Shown one piece after another: positions 50,140 through 64,000 of a DNA stretch of 64,000 bases (positions are counted from its first letter, which is position 1; every line of letters starts with the position of its first letter). Below the pieces are notes generated by a model. The model did no database searches. It saw only the letters and a list, made by a program, of their open reading frames with translations, and had not been told where the DNA came from. Origin of the DNA: Nageia nagi (lineage: Eukaryota > Plantae > Pinophyta); assembly GCA_050084985.1 (NCBI GenBank), contig JBITNC010000001.1, forward strand, positions 57,288,001-57,352,000, written 5' to 3'. The position numbers and the translations under genes were made by a program.

Positions 50140-53100
50140 CTCATATGGGGTTTTACCTTCAACTACTTTCATAGGACACCTATTTAGCATGTAGATCGTA
50201 ATGTTTTCAACTTCATCCCATAAAAAACTAGGGAGATCACCCAACATGCACCTTGTCATTTATATAATTATTCTATTCTTTCTTTTAGCAATAGCATTTT
50301 GCTGAGGGGTGTAAGGGATCATAAACTACCTCTTGATCTCGTATTTGGTACAATAGTCATTGAACTCTTTACTATTGTATTCACCTCTATTGTCATATCT
50401 TAGCATCTTGATTTTAAAATCATTTTGATTTTCAACTAGGGATTTGAAATCTTTGAGCCTATCAAAGGTTTGATTTCTGTGTTAGAGTAGATGACTAAAT
50501 ATCATCCCACTGAAGTCATCAATGAAGGTCAATACATAACATGCTCCCCTAAGAGACTTAGTTTGAAATGGACCCATCAAATATGATTGCACAAGCTAAA
50601 GAGGTTGTGTTTTCCTTATTACCTTATATTTTTCAATTTTTTTATCTATACATTTTACTTAGGATGTGCTTCTCACAAAGAACAATTATGGGTGATATCG
50701 TAGGTAAATCTTATACAAGTTCTTGGTTTTTCATATCTTGAATGCTGTTGTGGTTAAGGTGTCATAATCAATGATGCCAAAGATTACCTCTAGAGAAAAC
50801 ATTCATAGCAAGGCACATATTGTTTTGAACTTGATCCACTATGTATAGATCATCCTTCACTGATCCTTTCATCAAAGTGATAAGTACCTTTTTAATGCAC
50901 CAACAGTGTGAGTTAAACTCAAATGAGTATCATTTCCTTGCAACTTGAATTACAAAAATAAGGTTCATCTTGAGTTTAAGCACATAAAGCATATTTTCAA
51001 AAACCTTCTTGTGAATCAACACACTCCCAATCCCTTGGACTTCAAGATTGAATTATCAACTATTACAACTACATCCTTTCTATACTTATGAAAATTAAAT
51101 TCAAACTTAGCCTTTTCATAACACATGTGTTTAGTGCACCTAGATTCAACAATCCAATCATTCAAGAAAGTGTGAGACTTGGAGTAGTAGGCACAAATAA
51201 AACTAGTTTTAATATTCTTCTTCCTTTTGAAGTTCTTCACATTTCCATTTCCCTTGTTATTTTTTTTCTTTTTTATTTTTGTAGAATTCAAATTCTTTAT
51301 GATCATAGTCACCAAAAAGTTACATTTAATGTTTAATTTTACTTTTGTATTTGGCTTATTTTTCTTTCCCTTTCCATCTCTTTGTTTGTAGTTGTTGTTT
51401 TCCTTCTTTTCAAACTTATTGGTGGTAGTAGGAAATGACTTTTTTTGATGCTTGAACTTATTATTGAAAGGAGGGTTAGTTACTCCTATAGAAACATCAT
51501 TTTCCTTTGGAGAAGATATTAACACTTTTTAGTTAAAAATTTTCTCATGCTTCAAAAGGATCCTTGAAAGGTTCTCTAGAGAAAAGACTTCTTCTTCATC
51601 ATCTAGCCTAGTCTTAATAACTATAACAAAGTGAATTGTGAAGAAAGGCTTTGATAAATGATGAATATTATGAACTCATCATTGATCCAATTGCACCCAT
51701 AACCAACAAGTTGGGTCCTAAGGTCAATGATCTTATTCAAAGAGATGGCAACATTTTCATCTTTTACTTGATGAGATTGAAGCAACTTTTGGATAATGGT
51801 GAACCTTGTCAAAAATTTGGATCCTAGGTATACTTTCTTGAGCATATACCAAGCCTCATTTGTAGAGGTTGATGAAGAGATCATAAGAATCATTTCATTT
51901 GATAATGCATAGAAAATTATCAAGGTTGCTAGCTCATTCTTGGTATTGTAAACCTCAAGTTCCTTTTCACTTTTTGGAGCAACTTGATTTTTGATCATTT
52001 TTTTCCATAGTTTCCATTCTTAGAGCTATGCTTTCATCCTAAGTTCTCAAATACCATAGTTGGAACCATATAGGATGTGCTTGGGTATAAAAGAGTATCC
52101 CATTTGCTACAATTAACCAATATAAGCATGTTAAATTTTATCAACCAAACTAATCAATCATGTTGAGTTTAATCAATTACACATGTTGAATTTTAACCAA
52201 ATGTATGCTTAAATTAATTAATTTTACATGAGCAAAAAGTTTACAATAAAATCAAATGATATATCCCATACCTGTAATATATTATCATAACCAAGTAACA
52301 TTTGAGAGGGGTATGGTTGAGGATGTTTTCTTATTTGAAATTAGGACTTCACTTGGATGTCCATAAGGTAGAGCCTAAGTCCTACCAATCTTTAAGCAAT
52401 TCACCTTGATCAATAATATAATCTCATGAGGAGGAGTACTAACTATTTTCCAAGGTTGTGACATATGTTGGATCAACCAAATTATTATCTTGATTAGGTT
52501 TCAAGTTGTCCTCCTAGGTTATTAACATAATCCATAAATGAACTTGTGGACATGCAGTATCACTACACACATGCATATCCACCTATATGCAGTTATGTCC
52601 AAACCAACATAGGACTTAGGGATAATTAAGCAATATAGAATTTTCACCATTTATATCAACAGAATGAAAGGCTCCAATATTCCTTGTCCTCCTCTTGTGG
52701 CTCCCCAAACAAGTCATGTTGTAAAATATACATATGAATGTGTTTATTTTAGGGGTGCAATTTCAATGTTTACCATTTTGTAAAAAATTAAAGGCAAAAT
52801 AAGTTAACATAAAGTAAAACTACTTTTAAAAAAATGATACATCAATCATAAAAATGAAACCTAAGAGTCCAATGGGTTTTGTTACAACCCCAAGAGGATC
52901 TCTTTATATGGGTTCATTATTTTTAAGCAAAAAAATCTCCTTTAAGTAAAATATTCCCTTTCAAAAATCTCCCTTATTAGCAATTTTACCTAAAAAATTA
53001 CTTTAATACTAAGGACGAACATAAAAAATTGCCTTATTTTAACATAGCAAAAAAATTCATCTCAAGTGAACATTTATCCAATGAAATGCATATGATCATA

Positions 53101-56100
53101 GTAATAAGTATTTATTCCTAAGTGCATCCTCTAATCATTTATTCAAATGCATTCATTAGGAAATATGATTTAATCCTAATTTTAAGTGAAAAATGCATTT
53201 ATGGTAGGAAAAACATCCTCCTAAGTAAAACTGCATTCATAGGAAAAGAAATTCCCCCTGTTTTACTTAAAATAAATGCCTTTCCCAAAAAGTCCCCCCT
53301 TATTTAATTTTTTTTAGAAAATTTCTCCATACCTCATAAATTTAACTTTAGGTAATATCTCATTAAAATTATTAGCCCACACCTTTAAAAATTGAGTCCA
53401 CACTTTAATAATAATAAAAAATTGAGCACATATGGTCTTTATTTATTTATTTTTTTTTGAGCCCATTCCTTTAAAAAATTAACCCATGCCTAAAATATTT
53501 ATCCCATACATAAAAACTTTAACCCATACCTCATTAAATAAAATTAAGCTAAATAAAATTGGGCAGGTGGATGGCAAAATAAAAACATAAATTCCCTATG
53601 TAGCATATGGAGATTATTAAGAGGGAGATACACAAACATACTTGCACAAGAATGAAACTTTATGTTCTATAATTTTTGTACATTCTAAGATTGATTTCAA
53701 TCTAGATTCAATAACTTTACAAGGGTGTTTAGGGAATTGAAGGGGTAGACACTTTCAACTATTCTTTGATGGATTTCCATACCTTATTCTATTTCTCCCA
53801 AGGTGGCACATATCAAAAGAATGATGGTAAGAATAAAAGAGTCAGGAAGGGGATCTGTGAGCCCACCCCACCTAGTGGGAAGCAAGGGCCATAAGCTACC
53901 TATACTTAGGAGTCATGATGGTGCAAGCTATTGGACCATGAGGGGGTTGTAAGATGCCCTTTGGCGATGGCCACCCAATGGTAGTGTTTGGGTGATGGAG
54001 GGGAGGGGGGGCAAGGTCGCATGCCCTCCCCTCTTTTTCCTTCAATATTTTTAAAATTGTAAAGTTATTTTATTATTATTATTATTTTATTTAAAAAATA
54101 AGTGTATTTAAATTTTTTTACAATCTATTAAAATACAATATATTCAACATTTTTCAATCCCGCTAAAAAATATTTTACAAAAATGCTTTCCCTTTTTTTT
54201 GCATATAAATGTTTTGAAAAAAGGATATTATTGTAAATTCTTATGTAGGTATATGTTATGCCCTTTTTTTTAATTGCTTATCATAATATTCAAATATTTG
54301 TCTTTTTATGTTTTGCAAAAAAAAAATCATATTTTTGTAATAACAAAAATGCATCTATTTTGTTATTATGTAGATAAATTGCAATTAAAAAAAAAATTGC
54401 ATTCTTATTAGAAAACACAAAATTGTAAAACATTTCTCTCCAACAATAACTAAAATTTATTATTACTACTTGTAAGCAAATTTATAAACAATTTGCAACT
54501 AATAAGAAATGTTAGTATGATCTATTATAGGAATTATATATTGCAAAGACAAAAATAATATTAGTTAATATGATAAGATAATCCAAAATTGAATAAATAA
54601 AAAGCAAGAGGATAAGATATTATACCGTCACAAACCTTTTATCTCACTAAAAAAGATGGAAGGAGTGGGATGATCCTTCAAAGCAATGTTGAAGATGAAA
54701 CCTCTAAGTATGGCTCTAGATACCACTTAATGTAAATATGACTAACAAACTATTTCTTTATATCCTAAGATATCTTGAAAGATTTTTATCTCAACATTAC
54801 AAAAGTATAAAATAATGGTAATCTCACAAATTTCATACCAATATAAAGTGGTTCCTCCAACCTTGGGAGTACATCCACTAATCTAAGATCTTTTCCCAAA
54901 GAGCACTCTCTTACAACTCACTTTCTTACTTGTTCTACAACATAACCAAGAGCATAACTTCACTCCAAAATTATTGTAGAAATAATGAGTGGAAGCCCTC
55001 TATTTATAGGTTAAATCCATACATTAGATCACCCTACTATCTAAGGTGCACACCAAGACCCAATGGTCAAGCCTTCCCATTATCCTTATGCATAAGCTTG
55101 CTTTACAAGTGGGTGGTGTGTGGGAAAAGTCTCCTTAATTCTTTATTCACATAAATACTTTAGAAAGTATTTAAATGGATAATATTAAGAAGGTTATATT
55201 TATTTTTTATATATACCTAATATAATATGAATTATACATTTTAACATGGCTGCATATTGAGCATATACATCTTATTCTTAAACATGACAATATTAGTGAT
55301 GACTTGGTGATTGGTTTCAATGGTGATTTTACAGTGCTTCTTCTTGAATACTAACATGTAGTTATTCAAAAAAATTTAATAAATGCTAAGGAGATTATGT
55401 TTTAGCCTTGGAACATACAAGATATCATGCATACACATGATCTTATTGATCTTTTTTTAAAAAGTTTTAAATCCTTTATCAACGATGTTCACATAGTTAT
55501 TGTCACCAAATTTGATATTAATGAAGATATTCTCTTCAATTTGGATAAACATGTGATTATTATTGATCATGTAATTTGAAAACCCACTATCCATGTACTA
55601 AATCTAATCATCAACAACTTCAATTTTATTGTGTGTTAGGAACATATTTCCATCTTCATTGCCATACTCTTCGATGTAGTTGGAAAATAGGTGCTTATTC
55701 TTATTTTATTAATAATATTATTTAGTGTAACCATGTTTACCATAATGATTACAATGCAAAGAGGAAGATTTCTTATTTCTACTATCAGATCTACCTCTTC
55801 CTCTACCATTATCACATCATCCATGACCTCTATCACGATTTGAATCTCCATGACCTCATGAAGAAGATTCTATGTTAGAGGAAGTAGAATGTTGTTCATT
55901 GAATTTGATATTGCCTTGGAAATATTAGTGTAAGTTCTTAGAATCTATCCTTAATTCAATTCTCATAGGTTTGCAAGCTATCAGGCAGCTCCATAAGATT
56001 GATATGAGACATATCCCTAAATTCCTTTATGGATATGGTGATAGGATAAAACTTATTAGGAATGATTTGTAGCACTTTATTCATGATCCTTATGTCATAT

Positions 56101-59100
56101 AATGACTCATAATGTGAATTAATTGCATTCATAAATTCTTGAACTCTATTCATGAAGATCTTAATGGTCTTATCATCAACCATTCTCAATGAATCAAAGT
56201 CTCTACATAAGAGTTGGAATTTAATGACTCTTACCTTGGAAGATCCTTTGTAGGAACTCTAAAAGTCTCCCATTATTCCTTTAAAAACTTGAATTTTTCA
56301 ATTTTTTGAAAGAAAAAAATATATATGCCACTCTGTATGGTGAATAGAGCTTTTGTTTCCTTCCTACAGGTGTTGAAAAGCTCCTTCTTCTCATTAGTTA
56401 TGATTAGTGCAAAATATGTTGCATATACATTTGTATATTATTAAGAAATAAAAGCCTATAGGTCTTGAAATTTAAGTAACATCCTCATTTTGATGCTCAA
56501 ATACTCTAATTATTTACCACTAAAAAAAGGAATCTGCAACTATGATATGTTTCAATCCTTTTGTTTCATTTTTAACCCTTTGGAAGGAACACGCTTAGAT
56601 ACCAATTAAAGATTTTGAAGTTTAAAGGCAATATATGAAACTAAAAAATTAATAATTTGTAATTGAAAGGATCAAATGGAATAAACAATGACTATCATTT
56701 CAAGGGTAGAGGTTTGGTGTTTGTAGAAATGATGTTAGGCTTCTCAAAAGGTAGGCTAACAAATTTATCAAATTCATAAAGCTTAACTTGATCAAAATAT
56801 CAAGTATAATATATGATTATAAAGGTATAAAAAATAAATTTTCAATGAGTACTCACATAAATGAATAATATTTGTATAAATTTTATAATTCTCTCTTTAA
56901 TTTTAGGGTTTCTAGGTCACCAAAACAATCTCAGAACTAGACAATCATAAAAGATTTATGATTTTGGCTAAGGTTGCAAATGAAAATATATGTCATGTTA
57001 TATATTGTTGAAAAGGTAGAGAAGTACAATTTATAAAAAATAAATAATCAACATAAAAGGAGTCTCAAAAGTATATATATTAATAAAACTATGAAATATA
57101 TTCATAGAGTTACCAGAATAAGATTGAATAAATAATGTCAAAGAATAGTTTAAAAAATGGGTGATATGTATCTCAAGTGGGTCCTGTTATATATGAATAG
57201 AAAGGGAAATAAGTATAATTTAAAAAATAAAATACTCAAAAATATTTGAATTGATAAATTGTAGAAAAAATTAGAATGAAATGAATGTATTAATGGACTA
57301 CACCTGAGTAAGATTGGGTAAGCATATGAAGGGAAATCACCGTTTGTGTTAATATTTGACAATACAAAGTATGGAATATCCTATATTGTTGGAGAGGTAT
57401 CTAAAATTACCATACAAAACAAAGTAAATCATGCTAAGTGGATATATATAATGAAATTTATAATGACCATAAACAAATGGACTTTCTACAGATCTAATAC
57501 AAGGTGAAAAGATATAAATGTAGATTTCTCCAAATCTAATGCACAAAATGAAAATCTAACAAGTACCCATGAGCCTATAATACCATAAAAAAGATGAATA
57601 TCACATTGGTTTATCTCTAAATATTATATGTAACATGGCATAAGTAATTTCTAATCACAAATACCCACCAAAATATGAAACAAAATACACGAATGAAAGG
57701 AAGAGATGTAGAGTGATTTTCTCTTTCTATTATATGATAAATCATGAATACAAATCTAGATATTTATCTATCTTTATGTATAACTAATATACAATAGGAT
57801 ATTATCCCTACATAATCCATAAACATGGAAAATGAGTGTTTAATACTCCAAACTAAAAAATAAACATAATTTATGAAAGCATCCAACAAAGTCAAAGAAA
57901 AGGTATGGATGATCATTTTTAAGTACAAAATCAAATATGAGCAATCTAAGATGAGATTTAGAGAATTAAAGCTCATATACATACCTACATGAAGATATAA
58001 ATATCAGTACTTAGGAAATTAGAAAAATAGTTGTTGGAAGAGTATGGATTCAACATGCCAATGACTGATGATATGACAAAAAAATCAAACCAATAAATAT
58101 TAAAAACTTTCATTGTAAATATTAGAGTTCCTTTTCAAAGTACTTATAATAAATATATAATGATTTCAACTTTATTAATAATTTTGATAGGTTTTTCTAT
58201 ATTATTAGCACCTTAAAAGTCTTAGTACCTACTCTTGTTACTTTTTACATGAACCTTGACATGTATTCTATGTTAGTGATTTATAGAGAACTTTGGAGAA
58301 TTATTGATATGACATAGATTATGTAAATTAATATCAAATACCATTGGAGTGAAGATTTTATGAATTCTCATGCTTTGGTCATATTAGGAGTATTTCTTTA
58401 TAGTCTTATGGAATTGTTGTAGCTAGGACCTATCAAAATATATTAGTCATATTTGGGAAGGCATATTTTTTTTGTGGCAGTATCCAATTCAGGTGATTAT
58501 TTTTGCATCAAATAGATTTTTGAAGATACCTTTCCAATAAGTATATGAATGTATACCTTTATTTAAGGTTTGACCATCATTCTTGATATTTTCTCTCAAA
58601 TTATCCTTATGATAAAATTATTACCTCTTAGTATTAATGTTGAGGAGACTTAAGAATTTATATGTCATCTTTTGTATAAATTGGTTATTTTGGCATCAAA
58701 GTGTATCAATTTACTTTGTAGGGACCAAGTAATACTTAATAATATCAATATCAACACTACTAATAACACCAACACTCATTTTTATGCATGATTTTCTCAT
58801 GAAATTGTTAAGGATTAGAGTTTTCAATATTAGATGTATTCTAGGAAAGTCTGGAAGTGATATGACATGAACAAGGTTATGAACTGATCTTATCATAGTC
58901 CATTATCAGATTGAGGGTGAGTGAACTTTCAATTACCCAACTATGTCACTCAACATCAATTACCCACCATAATAACATTAATGGGTTAGAGTGGAATAGG
59001 GATAAAAACTTGGCATTAAGTTCTTGCAGTTGGGGTAATCATCAAGTTAAAAATTTAGTGTTTTATCATTATTCATCTTAAAAAATAGATTTAAATTTGA

Positions 59101-59249
59101 AGGGGTTGTATATTTTTAAAACTTAAAATAAAAAAGAGGGGGGCTACTTAATACTTTTTTTACCTTTAAAAAAAATAAAAAAAGGGGTTGAAAGATAATT
59201 TTTTATTAGGAGTTAGATTTTTCAAAATGGGGGAGAAAATTTTAGAAGA

Positions 59250-61720
59250 ATTTTTTTAAGTGAGGAGTTATTTTTTTTCCATTGGTAAAGTTTTTAATTA
59301 TTAAAAGGGAGAAGCTATATTTTGTCTTGCTTAGTATTAAAGAAATTTTTTTCTAAGGTAAAATTGCAATGAGAGAATTTTTTTTTACATTTTTTTAATG
59401 TTGATAAAAGAGAAGTTTTTTTTACTAAGGTTGAAGTTTTTAAAGTAAAAATGGGGGACTCCTTATTTTCGTTGTTACTTAAAAATAATGAACCCATGCA
59501 TTTTTTTGTAAAGAGGTCCTCTTAGGGTTAGTAAAAAAACCTATTGGATATTATTAGGTTTTAATTTTGGATTATGTATCATTTTTATTAAAAAAAACTT
59601 TTACTTTATGTTAAGCATTTTGGTTTTTATTTTGCAAAATTATAAACATTGAAACTGCACCCCCTAAAATGAACACATCTGCACATTTATTTTGCAACAT
59701 GAATTGTGTGGGGAGCCATGAAGGGAGGATAAGGAAAAAAAGAGCCTTCAATATGATGATCCAAATGGTGTAAAGTATGTACTTATTATTTGCCTCTAAT
59801 TCCTCTATTGGTCTGAACATAACTCCATATAGGTGGACATTCATGTGTGTAGTGATCCTACATGACCATATGTCCATTCATGGATTATGTAGATATCCTA
59901 AGAAGAAAATTTAAAACCTAATCAAGATAATAATTTGGTCGACCCAACATATGTTATATCCTTAGAAAATATTCAGTATTCCTTCTTATGAGAATATATT
60001 GCTGACCAAGGGGAACTAGTTGAGGATTGGTAGGACTTAAGTTCCATGCAAGCATCTAGGTGAAGGCTTATTTTTAAATAAAAAATAAGCCTCAAAACTA
60101 CCCTTATAAATATTACTTGGTTATGAAAAAATGTTGGATGTATGGGATATATCATTTGATTTGATTGTAACCTTTTTGCTCATGTAAAATTGATTAAACA
60201 ATTTAAGCATGCCTTATCGATTATCCTTGGTCAAAATTCAACATGTATGATTGATTAATTTAATATGTATGGTTGATTAATTTAAATAAATCTCAAAATG
60301 TATGTATGATTAAACTTAATATGATTGGTTAATTTGGTTCTCAAATTTAACATGCTTACATTGGTTAACACTTTCAACTTCTTTTATAGCAAATGGGAGG
60401 CTACTTTACTCCAAGCATTTCGTAGATGGTTCCAAATATAGTATTTGGGAACATAGGATGAAATATGGGCTCTAAGCATAAAAATATGGTAAATGGTAAA
60501 TGAAAACCAAGTTGCTCTAACATATGAGAAGACCTTTGAAGCTTACAACATAAAGAATGAGCTAGAGACCTCTATGATCTTTTTTGTAGTTTCAGATGAA
60601 GTCATCCTTATAATCTCTTCTTCAAACTCTACAAAGAAAGATTGGGATAGGATGAAGAAAATCTACTTTGTCTCCAAATTATCTAGGAGGTTCACCATTA
60701 TTCAAAACCTGTTACAATTATGTTAAGAGGCAAATAAAAGTGTTGCAATTTATATGAACAAGATTGATGATCTTAGGATCCAACTTGTTGGGTATGGTTG
60801 CAATTGGATCAATGATGAGTTTATGGTGTTCATCATCCTTCAAACCCTCTATTTTAAATTCAATCACTTCATGCCAGTTATTGAGATGAGGCTTTATGAT
60901 GAAGAAGATGTGTACTCTTTGGAAAATCCTTTAAGGCTTCTTCTAAAATATAAGAAAAATCTCAATAAAAAATTGTTGATCTCCACTCCTAAGGAGCATC
61001 CTATGGCACTTGGACCAACAAAGACTCACTTCAAAAAGAAGTTCCACAATAAAAAGAAATATTTCTATGGTTTGAAAAAAGATTTCAAGAAAGGTGGAAA
61101 TAAATAATAGAATGGCCATGATAAGTCTATAAAATCTAAATCTAAAGCCAAATTTGATGGTAATTATAATTTCTATGGTATATATGGTCACAAGAAATTA
61201 GATTTATATAAGAAAAAGAAAGAACAAGGTATCAAAGGAATTTAAAAATCAAACAAATTCAAAGGTAAGAAGAAGAATAATAAATTTGAATTTTTTTATG
61301 ATTTTTACTCAAAGTTGCATACTTTTTCAAATGATTGAATTGTTAACTCTAGGTGCACTAATCATATGTATTTTAAAAAGGTTAAATTTGAAAATTTTCA
61401 TAAGTATAGAAAGGATGTAGTTGTGATAGGTGATAATTCAATCCTTGAAGTCCAAGGGACTAGGAATGTGTTGATACATGAAAAGGTTCTTAGAAATGTG
61501 CTCTATGTGCCTAAAATTAGTATGAACCTTCTTTTTGTAATTAAAGTTATAAGGAAATGATACTCATTCAAGTTTAACTCACACTCTTGGTGCATTAAGA
61601 AAGGAATTACCACTTTGGTGATAAAAGGATTAGTGAAAGATGATCTCTATATTGTGGATCAAGTGCCAGAAAAGATTTTTCTTGCTACAACTTATATTAT
61701 TTCAAAATTACACTCTGAAT
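59250..61720 (+). mobile_element. Truncated copia element C (leader, gag, protease), same family as B, opposite orientation
   Basis: DLRIQLVGYGCNWINDEF and FENFHKYRKDVVVIGDNSILEVQG match B; leader 59300-60400 mirrors 52100-53200. Confidence 0.85.
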
Positions 61721-62089
61721 CAAGGTTATTATATTATTCTTTATTCTCTATTCATTTATTCTTTAGTGCATGGGAGCTATGTATATAAGAGTGCCCAAGA
61801 AGGCTATTATTCTCTTAGAATCTCCATGAGTTGTAAATTTTTATATTTTTTATTTCTTGTTAATCCTTCTCTTCTCATTTTCTTCCCTTAGAGTGTTAGG
61901 AATTATAAACAAGAACACTTGGGAGTCATATTATTTTCTTAGTGCCTAGGAGTTATGTATATAAGAACACCCAAGAGTCATATTATTTCCTTAGTACCCA
62001 GAAGTTATGTATATAAGTGTGTTCGAGAGTTATATTTTTGCCTTAGAGTCTTCAAGAATTATTAACACAAGTGCCTAGAAGTTGTATAC

Positions 62090-62770
62090 ATTCAAAACTA
62101 GATCATCAATAGAGCCCGCTACTTCTAGAAGATGATGTCATGAATTTTGGCTGAAATTAGTGGGTCCTAGAATAAGCAATGCGGGGTGCAAATTTATGAA
62201 GACATCAAATAGAGCCCGATGATTCTAAGAGATGATGTCATGAATTTTGGTTGAAATAAATTAATTTCAAAAGAACCAAATCATTAATAGATCCCATTGA
62301 TTCTTAAATATGATGTCATGAATTTTGGCTAAAATCAACAAGTCCCAGAACAAGCAATGGTGGATGCAAATTTATGAAGACATCAAACAAAGCCCAATAA
62401 TTTTGAGAGATGATGTCATGAATTTTGGTTGAAATCAATGAGTCTTGAAAGAACCAAATCATCAATAGAGCTATTGATTCTAGAAGATGATGTCTTGAAT
62501 TTTGGTTGAAATCAATGGGTCCTAAAAGAACTAGATCATCAATAAAGCCCATCAATTCTGAGAGATGATGTCATAAATTTTGGGTAAAATTAGTAGGTCC
62601 TAAAAGAACCATATCATCAATAGATTCCATTGATTCTAGAAGATGATGTCATGAATTTTGGCTAAAATCAATAGGTCCTAGAAGAACCAGATCATCAACA
62701 AAGTTTGCTAATTCTGAGAGATGATGTCATGAATTTTGGTTGAAATTAGTAGGTCCTAAAAGAACCAAAA
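62090..62770. repeat. About 78-bp tandem repeat (8 units, two about 100-bp variants)
   Basis: GATGATGTCATGAATTTTGG-like anchors at 62131, 62231, 62309, 62409, 62486, 62564, 62642, 62720. Confidence 0.92.
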
Positions 62771-64000
62771 ATTAGCATAGCTCAGATGAAGAACATAGAA
62801 CCCACCAAGCAAAGGTAAAAGTAATGCATAAGAAGGAACACTTGGGTCCACTTTATCTTAAGTGTTTGACCCTCAAGGCCTTATTAATATGTTGACATCG
62901 ACTCATTTCCTCATAATAGTGGCAATTTCTTCTTGAACCAAGTTAACATAATGTCTATCAACTACCATTACTCTCATTACTGACATCTACAATAGAGATC
63001 ATAAAGATTGCAGAGAAGTAGATAGTAGTTGATAGAGCATAGTACCAGATCATATCCATCAATTGCAGTCAATTAATTTCTTAGACAACTATAATGCTAT
63101 CTCTAATTAGCTACAGGGCCAAAGAAAGGGTAGTCAACAACATGTCAGAAGGATTATAGCTATATGGACATGGCTATTTAGAAATTACAAATTCCTAGAT
63201 AGTCATGTTGTTGGTACTTATTCACTATGTAATCTAACATAGTTATAGTATTTATGTAAATAGTGCTACTTTAGTTGTTTCATTCAATGCTAGCAATTAT
63301 GTATATTAATAAAACCCAACCACCCAAGAAGGTGGAGAAGTGTTATAAATAACTAGCTCTTAGAGATAAAAAAGGTTGAACATTTTAGTAAATTTTCCCA
63401 AATCTATAAGAGCTATTCACTTATGATAATACAAATAGACAATGCTTTGTTCTCTTGCAACAAAATGGTTGTTTATTACTTTTGTGGATGTTATATGTGA
63501 ATATTTTCTTCAAATTATGGTTATGTATTGTGATTACAAGATCTCAAGTGTGAGATAGTTTGCTATTCTTAATCTTGGCTATAGATTGCTGCTTGTGTTG
63601 CAATGCCCAAGTTGTATATTTCTTATTTTAGCTCATTTTATTTATTTATCTCTTTCTTGTAACTCTTTATCCTTTCCTTCCTTTCCTGTTACTTTTAACC
63701 TTGAATATAGATAGGAATCAGCCTATAAACCAAAGATTAAGCAAAAAACCAACATGTGTGCATCCCCCCACCTTTTGTTCTTTCAAGGAACCTATTGTTA
63801 TGGGTAGTGGAAAACACAGCTAGATCAAACCCTTTGAGATTATGCTATACCAATCAATAGTAGCCAGTTCTATTTTTAACGTGCTTGGTGGGACATAAGC
63901 TAAATTTTATATTTAGCAGACATTGTTAGGCCTAATAGCCTTGTCTAGTGGGCTATAAATTAAATTCTTTAAGATTATAAATTTGTTTTTAACCTTATTG

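Larger units (their letters stand above)
44625..55246 (-). mobile_element. Ty1/copia element B nested in copia A: 5' LTR 54728-55246, PBS 54712-54725, long leader, gag-pol about 52110-45909, PPT 45126-45137, 3' LTR 44625-45125
   Basis: Homologous about 510-bp LTRs; perfect TSD TGGCT (44620-44624 / 55247-55251); PBS TGGTATCTAGAGCC; motifs DWIVESRCTKHM, KPNIAHLRVF, QLNVKSAFFNG, RIKHVEI. Confidence 0.9.
23994..58112 (-). mobile_element. Ty1/copia element A (outer host): 5' LTR 56607-58112, PBS 56593-56604, gag/PR 55250-56560, INT-RT about 42215-44620, RNase H about 25460-25740, PPT 25450-25461, 3' LTR 23994-25449
   Basis: Two homologous about 1.5-kb LTRs; Met-i-like PBS (TGGTATCTAAGC); PPT TAAGGGGCAGAA; copia domain order; coding motifs rejoin across both large inserts (RMYMLNMQPTSIKCL; QSIWM.RLFEEL...HSRSKHIDI). 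Outer TSD not recognisable. Confidence 0.78.

Noticed and set aside
62090-62770. CRISPR-like array
   Set aside because: Eukaryotic context, the inter-anchor sequences are homologous to each other rather than unique spacers, and no cas genes.

Overview
Very AT-rich, CpG-depleted plant nuclear DNA; a large-genome non-angiosperm origin is plausible but is only an inference. About 1.3-8.8 kb holds one multi-exon minus-strand NPF8/PTR-type proton-coupled peptide/nitrate transporter gene. Its first constant exon (4771-4630) has a phase-0 acceptor and no in-frame ATG, and the last exon has an apparent 1-bp frameshift. Upstream (8.6-22.9 kb) are at least five short ATG-initiated exons (V1, A1, B1, A2, B2), each closed by a canonical phase-0 GT donor and mostly in CpG-retaining promoter-like DNA. 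No other gene body lies behind them. This suggests a variable-first-exon/common-constant-region locus (architecture like vertebrate UGT1A or clustered protocadherins) built by tandem duplication of promoter plus first-exon cassettes, and it is the main candidate novel system. The 24-58 kb region resolves into one old Ty1/copia element inflated to about 34 kb by nested insertions. These are a 16.5-kb Sola2-like DNA transposon (with a second gene, telomere-like repeats, a gypsy fragment and a non-autonomous LTR element) and a second copia carrying a MULE-like and a CACTA insert. The window ends in a truncated copia and tandem repeats. All splice models come from manual reading and lack transcript support.
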